From the NCBI GenBank assembly GCA_013265495.1, contig MU058221.1, forward strand, positions 310,001-374,000: a stretch of 64,000 bases of DNA, given 5' to 3'. A program made the position numbers and the translations under genes. The DNA is from Vicugna vicugna. Taxonomy: Eukaryota. Of this stretch, positions 51,905-63,579 are shown in pieces (the stretch's first letter is position 1; every line of letters begins with the position of its first letter). Under the pieces are notes generated by a model, which saw only the letters and a program-made list of their open reading frames with translations, ran no database searches and was not told the DNA's origin.

Positions 51905-54410
51905 AGCTGAGGACACAACGTTCATGCCAGCACGGCTCTTGTTAGGTTAGGCGGAGATCTGAGCAATAAACAATGCTTTACTAGTCCCCAGTTCACCTCA
52001 AGCGTTGCACAGAACATACTTACTTCTTGCTCACGTGAAATCCAAACTTACCTGACAGTCTTGCATTTTATCGGCAACCCCCCTCAGTGTGTGAAAAGGG
52101 AAGAGAAACGGAAGGCCTGATGCGCTCAGCTAAGTCAGTGGGCTGCCATCAGCCTTAGAGTAAGAATAGCTGTTGATCTGAAGCTCTCAGTTTGTTGGTT
52201 TTGTTTTGCTTCTTGCTGAATCTGGCCACCCTGGGCGAGGGGGCTTTTCCTCATGCCGTTGCTTCTTACCAGTGTTAAGGGCATTAATGAAATCCCTTCT
52301 GAAACCTTGCTCACTAGCAGAAAGCAAGGAATCAGTGTGGTCTTACAAACACCTCATGAAAAACACTTGGTTCATCTGCAAGTTTTAAAAAGAAAGTCCC
52401 TGAAGTGAGTCCTGTGCAAACACACTTTGGGAAACTATTTAGCTTCTGAATAAACGGGTTGATATTTTCAAGTATCTCCATTAACCTTCACGGGAACCGC
52501 ATGTGATAAATACAACTGATATTACCACTTTACAGAAAAGAAAACTAAGGCAGAGTTATTCTAAGTCACTTGATTTCCCTACAGCTGGGAATCCAAGTCC
52601 AGGTTTCATGCTGGAATATGTACTCACAGATGTTATGCTATTCTGTCTCCAATTAATGTTACTTAAGGTATAATATTCAATATTTTATACAGAGACAAGA
52701 AATCATATCTCTTTATCCTATCTAAAAAATTGAGTAATTTGTCCAAGCTCATCCAGCCACATGAGCTAAATGACATTATGTCCCAAATATTACAATAAAT
52801 ACACTAGGAATGATTCAAATTGGTCTTTGTTGAACAAATCTTTTGTTTCTATAGGTAAATTAAATTGCATTATAAATCCAGATTAACTCCCTACCCTCAT
52901 TTCTTCTTATATCTCCAGGTCCCATGCAGAGTTTGGGCCTGTTTGGGCTGCATCCAATGGAAGGATTGTTGCTTTTTCAGTAGTAAGTGGTCACTCTGTT
53001 GCCAAATCACTTCTGTCTCCCACGTGTCTGAAGTTCCAGTGAGTCAACAAGACACACATTACGTGCAAGTATCAGAGCATCGGCCCTGTGCTCGCAGGGC
53101 CCCTAAAATGGGTCAAACCTCAGACTAGCCTCCTGTCAGACCTCGTGAGCATGTGTCATTCTTTATTCTTTTCATCTTTCACGTTTAAAGCTTTTATTTT
53201 CCCTTTGGCTTCTGTCTTTCCGGCATTCCTGTGCTGGGTCGGTGTGGGCTCTGTGTAGGAGAGACAGTCAATTCTTTTATTGAAAGAGATCTCCGTAATT
53301 TGAATAAGAAACCTCCCTCCCCAGTATTCTTGCCTAGAAAATCCCCCCCGACTTCCGTATCCCGGGCTGTTTCTGAGGGCTGTTACCCAAGCTGCGACCG
53401 CTAGTCAAGTGCTTTCTAAACACCAGGCCCAGCCTTGGCTTTGGAGGCCTGCTGCTCCAAAGACAGCGCGAGTGCATGGCTCCCGGCTCGTTTCTCTGCT
53501 GCAGCGTACCTCTCTGTTTTTCCCTGGGTTAGCATGTTAGCCATTCGTCCCAAGAGGAAAGGAGAACTTTGAACTCTGTACACAATGTCACCACTGGTGC
53601 CCGGCTCGTCGAAGCCAGATTCCTCCGCTCAAGTTCTGCAGACGGCGTTTCTCTGTTTCGGGAAATAAATCCCCGGCTCCACCAAGGCTTTCTCTCCATG
53701 CAGGACTCTGGCTGCACATCAGCTGCTCAGCAGTCTGAGACCCTGCTTAAGTCTGCCTCACATCCTAAAGTTAGATCTTCCTCCTGCCCAGATCAGATTC
53801 CATCTTCTAGCTTTTCAACTCCACCTAAGATGGTGTCTGCAAGAAATTCAGTTAGTTGCAATAGCGGCTTGAATTCCAGGAGAAACTTCCCAGCTTCAAA
53901 GCAAGTATCTGCATCAAGGCATGATCCTTGTAGGGGCACGCAGGATGTTTCTCAGGGACGCTTCCGTGTCAGCAAATTGAGAAGCTATTATCGGTTGGCT
54001 TCGGCGCCCTGTCCCCAGTCCACGGCAGATGCTCTTAATCCGGTGAGTCTTGCAAGACCGCATTTGCCTGATGAGGTCATTGCATTACAACTGAGTCAGA
54101 GACACAAGTGGTTAAAATAACGTGGCCTGTTGTATTTAACACTATTACTATTTCATCACGAAATTCGAGCTTTATGAAAACTATTGCACAATTACAAGTA
54201 ATTTCTTATACTTGTTGGTAAAACGATAAATGAAACATCATATTAACTTTGAGTCCCTCCTGAATTCCCCTGTAATATCAGTAAAGGAATTTTTAAACGT
54301 GTCATCTCACAAAAGAAAGGGATTAGCAGCATTTTAGAAGCGGAAAGCAGAAGGGCGAAAGACACCTGACTTGGTGTGTAGAGCCAAAGCGGAAAAAGCT
54401 CAGAACTCAC

Positions 54411-54479
54411 CAAAAGCCGCAAAGTTTCCAGCAACAGGTCCTCTGGAAGTCAGAGAGAAGATCCAAATGTGGAACAAAA
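54411..54479 (-). other. Candidate internal exon just downstream (minus sense) of CpG island 3
   Basis: Long pyrimidine tract with CTAAT branch-like motifs ending ttttttcctccag|, an alternative acceptor at 54442, and donor TTG|GTGAGT. Confidence 0.45.
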
Positions 54480-54529
54480 CTGGAGGAAAAAACATTAGGA
54501 AAAGAAGTTTTTAGGCGCATTAGGAAGAG

Positions 54530-55720
54530 AAAAATCAAGACATTACGGCAAGTAGCGATGTTGGCCTTGAGCGTAAACACCGAGGACGCGTAACAGTGAA
54601 GGATCCCCCCATCCAGGCCGGGGAGGGAAAGCGAGAGCGCGGCTGCGCGGCGCGGACGGGCCGCGGGGGGCGCGCCGCAGGGGACAGCCAGCCCTCCGCC
54701 CGCCGCGCCCGCAGTGTCGGGGTCAGCAGCTTCCGCGGGACGTCAGGGAGGTCGCCGCCGAGGGGCCCCACCAGCTCGGGAGAGGGGCCGGGGAGCTGAC
54801 GATCGGGAGGCCGCAACCAAGCAGCCCGGAGAGCGGACCTGTCAGAGGAACCCGGGTCCCGACCCAGCCTGGAGGCTGCGACGGGCTTTCTGGGCAGAAA
54901 CAAGCAGCCGAGGAGCGACAGGCACGCACGGAGAGCCTCTGGCGGGAAGTGCAGAGGCCAGAACAGCCCAGCAGGAAACTGGAAACAGGAGACAGCTGCA
55001 AAGGGAGAAAACGTTTCAGAATTCATTGTAGTAGAAACATACGATACTTCATATAAATGCGTAAAACTAAATGTATGAAGTGTTTTTATAAAAGAAAGTG
55101 AGGCTGACAAGTGGAAAGGAAGTCGGACCAGTCACGAAGGGGGTGGGCCTCCGCCTTGGAGCCGGAGCGCGTCGGGGCCTCGAATAAGCCTGCGGGTCAG
55201 CTGCCTCCTCCCTGACCCCCGAGGCCGGGGCCGTCCAGGCCTCCTCCGGGCGCCTCACGGGACCACAGGGCTGAGGGCACGCGCTTCTTGTCACTGTCCT
55301 GTGCGCAAAGCGGGAAATAGAGGCAGGGCTTGTCCTCCCGGAGCCCGCTTGCTGCTTTCACCCTCCGCCCCTCGCAGAGCGCGGTGCGCGCTCGGGGCGC
55401 CGAGCCCTCCCTGGAGCCCCCCCCACCCCCGTGGCTTTGCGGCTCAGCCGCGGGTGCAAGCTGAGCGAGAGGATGCGGCTGAAGGGCAACAGGCCTGCTC
55501 AGTACTGAGGATAAGAACCGAACATGCAAACAGAAGTACGACTCGAAGGAAATGTCCTAATGCGGCAGAACCAGGAATTACTACCCGCGGCGCAGCCGGG
55601 CGCCTTCTCCCCGGGGTGCGGGACGGTTGCCTGCTGGCACGGAGGGCAGGTCTGGCCGACCCGCCGTTAGGCCGGGCTTGTTCGCTGCACTGGCGTCCTG
55701 CTGCTGTCTCGCCCACCCCA
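54530..55720. promoter_or_regulatory. CpG island 3, bipartite, probable promoter
   Basis: Two CpG-dense blocks separated by an AT-rich core of about 100 bp. Motifs include CRE-like GACGTCA, ETS-like GGAAGT and E2F-like GCGGGAAA. Confidence 0.85.
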
Positions 55721-56487
55721 GAGGCAGCAGCCTTGGAGAAGCAAAACTACTGGCACAAGTTTGATGGAACGAAGCAAACTGCCCCCTTTCTCAGCGTTTC
55801 AGGGTGCCAAACCAGGCAGGTTTCGAACAGGCCGGCCTGCTGCATCATTCGTTATCTTTCCTCCTCTTGTTGTCCACACGGTAGACAAATAGATAATATG
55901 TCTGTATATTTCTGTGAAGACGTATCTGTGTATCTCCAGCTCACAAACATGCACATAATTATACTCATATCAATGCAAACATTAGCTTATAGTCAGTCGG
56001 ACACAGGAGAGCACTCCTATTGCAGAACACAGTCCAAACAGGTGAGGGTTCTCCTGTGAAGAAAGAAAGAGAAGTTGGTGGGTGTCTAACATTCCAAACA
56101 TAAGCAAAAGGGGTTTTTTCCCCTCCAAATAGATGTGACCACACTGAGATCTGCTCTTTTGTTAAATGATACACTTTTCACCACTGCAGACAGAGCCGAG
56201 GTATCACGGAGGAAAATGGTGCATTGGAAGAGAGTTTAGACGCTATATTCTCTTTAAATTTTAAGAGCTCTTTGTTGTGTAAATAAATACCAATTTGAGA
56301 AATAAACGACATGTTGTAATTTCAGACATGACTGATGCTCACATTAAGGACACCGTTCTCAATAGTTTTATAATTGCTTTTCAAGTTAAATTGCATTTTA
56401 AGCTTACATAGCTCCATCTTCCGCTGCCCTGGGTGGCAAGTGTAATGCTACATTCCTGAATCCCAAAGAAGAAAACACTGTGGGCCT

Positions 56488-56727
56488 TATTTGACCTTTG
56501 AACAACCGGAGTTTGAACTACGAGAGGCCACTTACACTGGAATGTTTTCAGTAGTAAATACCACAGCTTTCACGATCTGCCCTTGGTGGAACCTTGAATT
56601 GGCAGCCGTGGAACTGTGCAGACAGAGGATCTGCGGACACAGGGGACCAACTCTAAGTCAGAGGCAACATCTGGACCCCTCAGAGGGTCAGCACCCATAA
56701 ATCCCCATGTTGTTCAAGAGTCAACTC
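56488..56727. mobile_element. Tigger2-family MITE (MER8-like)
   Basis: Terminal inverted repeats ttgacctttgaacaac ... gttgttcaagagtcaa, about 240 bp apart. Confidence 0.85.
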
Positions 56728-58866
56728 TTAATTCCAAACTTCTCAGCCACAAGGACCTTCCACCCACTGACCACGTCTTCTCATCCAGCCACGCGTCCCG
56801 TCTGCTCTGCGTCTGCTCTCTTTACCTCGTCTTGCCCTCCTATGTTTTCACCAATGAGCTAGGTACACTACAAGATTCTCATGATACAAAACCTTACAAA
56901 GTACACATTTTCATCTTCAGTTTCAGCTCAGATTTGTCCAAATGTTTCAATGTACTGAAGTGTATCTTTCTTGTAGTTCACGGTTTGTAAGAAATTTTGG
57001 CAATTTTAGATTTTTCCACTTTTATGTGGTCAGCACATGGCGGGGGGATATTAAAAGTAAAAGAAAAATTGTTCTAGAAAATCACAGTTGTTGCAGTTTT
57101 TGGCAAACATAGAATATAGCAGGTGTTCTAAATAAAGAAGAAAAGCCGAAGTGTAATTTACAAGCTAGCAGTGATCTGATTCCACATGACATCAGCCACA
57201 GTCACATGGCAGCCCCGAGTGACAAAGACATTGAAAAGCTTCCTGCTAGGCACTTACACGTCACACAACATCCCAGAACCACGGCAGTCAAGGTTTGATA
57301 CTGAAGGATGCGTGTAACTCAGTGTTAAGAAGGAGTGCAATCTGTTCAGGCTAATGGAGTATTTTCAGGTATAAATCCTGCAAAATCCACGGTCATACAT
57401 CTGTGCATCGCTGCAGGGTCTGCAGACAGAGAGAGAAAAACAACCAGGCTGCAGGCACAGACGTGTTCTACAGTTGTGCCCATTAACTCTCGGAGAGAAT
57501 ACAGACACACACCTAATGGTAGCGCTTTCCAGTCAATCTAGCGAAAGGCATGACCTGCTCTGGGTTTCCTGGAGGTTATAGGAACACTGACTAATTTACT
57601 GAGCCACTGTAATAAGATAACCAGATGGAGAAGCTAATGGGCTGAGGAAGCGACAGTTAACGCTATTTGCTAACATTAGTGTAGTGGAAAGTAGAGTGTA
57701 TTATAGGCCAGCACTTACCTTGTAATTAAAATAATACTGTTTTGAGCATTATTTTAATACAGCAGTTAGGCAGCATGGATTCAGCCTACCAATCTTATTT
57801 TTCTGTTTTGGTTTTAGACTGTTTTGACATGACTGTTTGAGCAAAGTCAGACAAACTGCATGTCACAGCTTTTTGATCTAGCTGTTTAAAATCTATTTAA
57901 TTCCTTGTTTGACCTTCCCAAACTAATATTTTAAAGGATAAGAAGCAGCAGAGCAGTAGTCAAAAGCAAACAAAAACCTTTAAAATTGAAAATAGAATCT
58001 TTAAGGGTCATTCAGCGCAAGCTCTACATCCTACTATTGAATACCCTCTGACAGTTCTCCAACAGATCGCTGCAATTTAAAATAGCCCCTTCAAGTTTCT
58101 GTTTTTAAGCATGTCTCCATTTTTTTTCTATAGCAAGACACAAAGACGTTGCCTTAAGCCAACTCATTTCAGTGGCCAGCACTCTTCTACAAACAATTCT
58201 GTGATGAATATTACAAGCAATCTTGAGAAAACATCCTCATCATCTTGCACCCAGAGTTTGATCAGCTCATAGTGACCGTACGTGTCTTGGGTACACTCCT
58301 GTCCCACGGAGCCTGGAGGGGAGCTTTCTGTCGCCTTCCCTTTATGTAGCTTTTCTTTACTCTTTACCTGTGATCTTGGTTCAGATTTCAGCTTCAGCAA
58401 ATGAAACACATGTCATCCCAGTTTCCCCTTTGCAGATATCTTCTATCCTCCGTGATTTTTCCCTGTGTGCTTCCTACACACACTTAGTTTTGACTCATTC
58501 TGTCTCCCTGTCCCTACTTTTACTACGTTATCTCTTTCTCTGCTCCTCAACTGTACCTTCATTTCTACCTTGTCCCACTTTCTCTCTTCTTCTAACAATT
58601 TTTTCCCCCTTTCAGTCTTTTGAATTTACTGTTTGTTCTCCTTTATTTCAGTACTTCCACGTGTTTTGAGCCATAGGATTGGTTTTCATTTTGTTTTTCT
58701 GGCTTTAAACTTTCTAAAACTTAAACGCTAGCAAATCAGTGATAATACGTGCACAGACACACGCACAGATACACACGCAGACACACACACACCGATGGAA
58801 AATCTTTATTTCTCCTTCCTTTCCTCATTCTTCCAAGAGGTAGGTAGGAAGTGGTACTAACCTGTC

Positions 58867-59595
58867 CGTTGGCCCATAGGTCTGTCTTTGCACCAGTGCC
58901 ATGTTATTTGATTTCTGTAGCTCCATAGTATTGTCTGAAGCCCAGGAGGGTTATTTCTCCAGCTTCATTCTTCTTCTTCAGTATTGTTTTGGCAATTCTG
59001 GGTCTTCTGTGATTCCGTATAAATTTTAGCATTATTTGTTCTAGTTCTGTAAAAAATGTCCTGGGTGATTTGATAGGGATCACATTACATCTGTAGATTG
59101 CTTTGGGTAGTATGACCGTTTTAACAATATTAATTTTTCCAATCCAAGAACATGGGGTATCTTTCCATTTCTTTAAGTCCTCTTTACTTTCCTTAGTCAA
59201 TGTTTTGTAGTTTTGCACATATAAGTCTTTCATTTCCTTGTTAAGATTTATTCCTAAGTATTTTATTTTTTTGGCTGCAATTTTAAAAGGGATTGTTTCT
59301 TTCCTTTTCTGATATTTCATTGTTAGTGTAAAGAAATGTAACTGATTTCTGTATGTGAATCTTGTATCCTGCTACCTTGCCGAATTCTTTTATCAGCTCT
59401 AGCAGTTTTTGTGTGGAGCCTTTAGGGTTTTCTATACATAGTATCATGTCATCTGCATACAATGACAGTTTTACCTGTTCGCTTCCAGTTTGGATCCCTT
59501 TTATTTCTTTTTCTTGTCTAATTGCTATGGCAAGGACCTCCAATACTATTTTGAATAGAAGTGGTGAGAGTGGGCATCCTCGTCTTGTTCCAGAT
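58867..59595 (-). mobile_element. L1 ORF2 reverse-transcriptase fragment, frameshifted
   Basis: Peptides [17 protein letters not shown]...[15 protein letters not shown] and IKYLGINL...[17 protein letters not shown]. Confidence 0.95.
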
Positions 59596-60849
59596 ACCGC
59601 TGAGATATACCCTCCCCGCCACAGTAAATTTTAGACATGTTAAACAGTGAAAGGTTAAAAAAAAAAAAGTGAAACTATGAAGATGTTAATGGAAAAGTTT
59701 AGGAATATTTGTTTAAGCTTTGAGTGAGGTAGGTCATTAAAAATCACAACAGAAGAAACTACAAAGGAAAAAACAAGTATGTCTGAGTGGACAAATAACA
59801 TATAAAAAACTCAGAAAAGAGAAGTGCCTCCCAGGGGAGGGCTGGCAGCTCAGTGTGGACTCTCCTCCCAGGCGCCAGGTACTGGCCGTTGATTCTCCTA
59901 AAGGATCAGAATCTCAGTTTCATGGAATACTTTCTCTAATCTTCTAGAATCGGATTCTTTTAACGTTCTATTTTTTTTTTTTGTTCCTCCAGCCCTATGG
60001 GTAGAAGGTATTTCCTGCAGTTATTAGCTCTGCGAAATCACTATCCCCTTTTCCTTTTTTAAAAAATTTCTTCAAAGTCTGCTTTTATAATTTATCATCT
60101 GTTAAGATATCAAAATTTTGTTTTCCTCATGGACACATATTTTAAATACTTTTTACATCTATAAACCACTTAATAATTTTATATTATAAATTAAATAGGA
60201 TTATGTTGATTAACTCTCAAAACTATACAAAGGGAAGAGAGAAAGATACGTAAGAAAAATCCCTTTGTGGTTGCCCTCCCTCACAACCTATGGCTTGGAA
60301 CAAAGTCTGCAAACCATATTAACATGAGTTAAGAAGTTAACTTTGTTCAGAAATCTTACAAGCCCAGATTCAACAAGAAAAGAAGGCAATCATCCCACGA
60401 CACCTTCGTTTCCCACAAATAAAAGCGTGCCAGGCCCAGGGCACTCTGTGGGCGGTGGGGTCTGAGTCTGTAATCCAGGGCAGAGACCCACAGGCTTGCT
60501 TCTCTCCTCTTTTAGGACAAGTATGAAAACAGCTTGAGTCAGCGGAGGGACATGTAGCTCGCTGGGATGTCAAGCAGGCACGCCTAGAACGCAGCTCTGC
60601 AGGTGCTGCCTGAGAAGCCAGCTTCACACGGAGCGCTGCAGGACTTTGGAGAATTACAGACGCCCTAGCAGGGGAGGAAAGTTCTGAGGACAAGGCGGAT
60701 TCAGACATAGTCCTTCAACAGGGAGAGAAGGAATTGCCTAGTCCCAGCTTCCCTGTCGTGCAGGAAGCGCAGAATGAGTATCCTTGTTGCTCTGCTTGCC
60801 TGCTTCGCCTGCATTTCTTTGATGTAGATTGCCTCTTCATTGCTGCATA

Positions 60850-61003
60850 ATTTGCGTATTTATTATGTCTATTGTCTTTTGTCTGTCTCTTTGCACTGGA
60901 ATGTAAAGTAGATGAGGGCATAGCTTTTGGCTTGTTTCCTGATATTTCCAAGTAACTAGATCCAGTCTGAATCCTATTAGTTACTCAACAGACACTTAAG
61001 TTT
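60850..61003 (+). mobile_element. L2 3' end
   Basis: Motif gtctgtctctttgcactggaatgtaaag...atgagggca...ttgtttcctgatatttcc. Confidence 0.6.
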
Positions 61004-61021
61004 AATAAATACACAAAGGCT

Positions 61022-61857
61022 ATACACGACCATACTTATATTCATTGTCACATTCTTTTTCGCCGTGAGCTACTGCAAGATCTTGTATATATTTCCCTGT
61101 GCTATACGGTATAATCTTGTTTATCTGTGGGTTCTGGCCAGCAGAAGTCCCACCGAGATGGAATGAATTACTCAGGACTCTGTGGGAAAAGTCAAGAGGG
61201 CGAGAGGGACTCAGGGACCAACTCCCCGAGCCTCTCAAATGCTCCCACATTTATTGTGTACAATCAAAGGAAAAATCGCTAACAGTTATGTGATGGATGC
61301 AGGAATTTAGGGAAAGACAGGGTGGGATTGAGACTGTAGAAGCCACGTGAGTACCAAGGCTCTGTTTATCTTTAGGGAAGTCATGGGGAGAGGGGAGCAA
61401 GGTGCATCCTTACAGATGTGTTAGAGCAGACCGCTAGCCCAGCCAGTCCCTTGTCTGGGGGATAACAGACTATCTAACAGCAGGCATGCCCAGCGTTTAC
61501 AGCCGAGGGCCTGGGTCATTGCTTTGCAATGAGCAGAGTGCTATCTAAAACCTCAACTATGCGAGCAAGGCATTGTCTCTGCTTTTCACGGCAAGGAGAC
61601 AGGAGTGCGGACGCACAGGCGCCTGCTTGCAAAGCAGTTACTAAGCACATTTGTTCTTTAAGGAGACAAGCGGCTGGGGTCTGTTGCAATTTGTTAACCC
61701 AATCATGGGCTCCCACTTTTATCTATTCTACATATGCCTGTCAGTATCTACAAATTTTGAACGTATGTTCATGTATAACTAAAAATTGTGCTCTACACTG
61801 CAAATTGACACAGCATTGTAAACTGACTATAACTCAATAAAAAAAGAAGAAGAAAGA
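61022..61857 (+). mobile_element. Camelid-type L1 3'UTR with 5' inversion, interrupted by a solo LTR
   Basis: Minus pieces at 61022-61125 and 61718-61761, then a plus tail at 61762-61857 with AATAAA and an A-rich tract. Confidence 0.88.
61126..61717 (-). mobile_element. Solo LTR (592 bp), class II/ERV-K-like by TSD length
   Basis: TGTGGG...CCCAC(T) inverted ends, 6-bp TSD TTTATC at 61120-61125 and 61718-61723, AATAAA on the minus strand near 61250. Confidence 0.85.
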
Positions 61858-62330
61858 CATATTACTAAATGAAAGAAGACAGTCTTAAAAGGCTACAAAC
61901 TGTACGCTTCCAACCAAATGACATTCTGGAAAAGGCACAGTTACAGAAATAATAAAAAAGATCGTGGTTTCCAGGCATTTGGGGAGAGGGAGGGAGGGAG
62001 GGATGAACAGATGGAGCACAGGGATTTTTAAGGCAATGGAATTATTCTGTATGATCCTATAGTGGTGGCTACGTCATTATGCATTTGTCAAATCCCATAG
62101 AACGTACAACATCAAGAGCGAAACTTAATGTAAACTACGGACTTTGGTTGATAATAATGTGCCCGTGTTGGTTCATCGATGGTACCAAATAGGCCACACC
62201 GATGAGGGATGCTGGGGGGAGGGTAGGGGAGTATGTATGTGTGGGTGGGGAGGGCTATGTGTGAACTCTGCATTTTCTGCTCAATTCGGTTGTGAACCTG
62301 AAACTGCTCTAAAAGAATAAAGTCTACTAA
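61858..62330 (+). mobile_element. L1MC1-like 3' end
   Basis: Motifs catattactaa.tgaaagaag...gacattctggaaaaggca...taatgtaaacta.ggactttg...tgtgaacctgaaactgctctaaaa.aataaagtcta. Confidence 0.85.
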
Positions 62331-63096
62331 AATAAATAATACATAATAAACAAATAAATAAATACACAAAGGCTGGCGTTTCTTTCTTCCAAGTCTAGCC
62401 ACCCATGTTTTCCCTTTCAGCCTTCTTATCCAGATCACCAGCCCCAATCCTTAGTTCAATGAAGCACTGCCATGTTCTTCTCTCTAAATCAGGGTTTAGC
62501 TTTTTTTTAAAATCATATACCATTTTCATTTCCATACTTATGTGTGCATTTACCCTCAAGTTTCACTACTTTCCTCTCAAATTTCTTTAAGGACAAAGAG
62601 AGAGTCAATTTAGAGAAAAGTAAAATGGCAAGTAGTAGTAGGAAGAAAAGGGAAATGTTTGAATGTCTAATTAGAAGTTTATAAAGCCAATAAAATGAAA
62701 GAAAAACAAAGGGACCAAAAAAACCTGGATGTTTAAGTCACAGATAGGGTCTCAAAGAGGATCTCACATGTCGAATTTTGCAGGTAACAGCTGCCAGGAT
62801 CATAACTGAGTGGTATCAAAAGGAGAGAAGTTATTTTCTCTTCTTCTTTTTTTTAAAAAAAAAGATCATGAAACAACAGTAGAGAAGCTTCAGGCAGAGG
62901 CCCAGAGTGTGCTTTCTCCTTTCTTGTGTCCCTGAGCTGGAGGGCAAAGGAAGTGTCGGCTGGAGGAGTTAGTGCGGCCACACCAGCCACATTCACCCGG
63001 TAGAGATGCCAAGGAAAATCCGAGGTGAAGAAAACGCCTACAGACCTGCCCCTTATGGCCGAATCTTGGTCAGTTTTATCTTTTTTGCATACATGT

Positions 63097-63338
63097 ATAT
63101 ATTTATTTATTGAAGTATAGTCAGTTTACAATGTTGTGTCAGTTTCCGGTGTACAGCACAAGGCTTCAGTCATCCATGAACATACATGTATTCATTTTCA
63201 TATTCTTTTCACCATAAGTTACCACAAGATACTGAATAGAGTTCCCTGTGCTGTACAGCATGGACTTATCTATTTTATATGTAGTAGTTACTATCTGCGA
63301 ATCTTGAACTCCCAATTTATCCCCCCCCGCCCGCTTCC
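63097..63338 (-). mobile_element. Camelid-type L1 3' tail
   Basis: Sequence ttattgaagtatagtcagtttacaatgttgtgtca...ttccctgtgctgtacag...cttgaactcccaatttatcc. Confidence 0.9.
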
Positions 63339-63579
63339 ACAGTTAATTTTAAAGTGCAGTAACTGCCACATGTGAATCAGTCTGTTTTCTCTAGTCCAGG
63401 ATCTGGCCAAAGCCAGATTTCAATAAATGCTTTTTGAATATGGTGTTGATTTATAGATATTTCATTTGCGTGATAAGAAACACCTCACACTAAAGAGAGG
63501 ACCTGTAAGTGGTCACCACAGTGCGCGGAATCCTTACGACGGCTTCGTCACGTCAGGCAAAACTTGGAAGTTGGATGTC

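Noticed and set aside
53569..54120. 183-aa ORF
   Set aside because: TTG start, serine-rich with no recognisable features, and no convincing splice signals.
54535..56059. ORFs of 191 and 252 aa in CpG island 3
   Set aside because: Same GC artefact; the starts are non-ATG and no protein is recognisable.
58224..58226. TGA as a selenocysteine codon
   Set aside because: No selenoprotein-like context or SECIS seen; CGA-to-TGA decay or chance is simpler.
58904..59543. Active reverse transcriptase gene
   Set aside because: It is a short frameshifted L1 ORF2 fragment lacking both ends.
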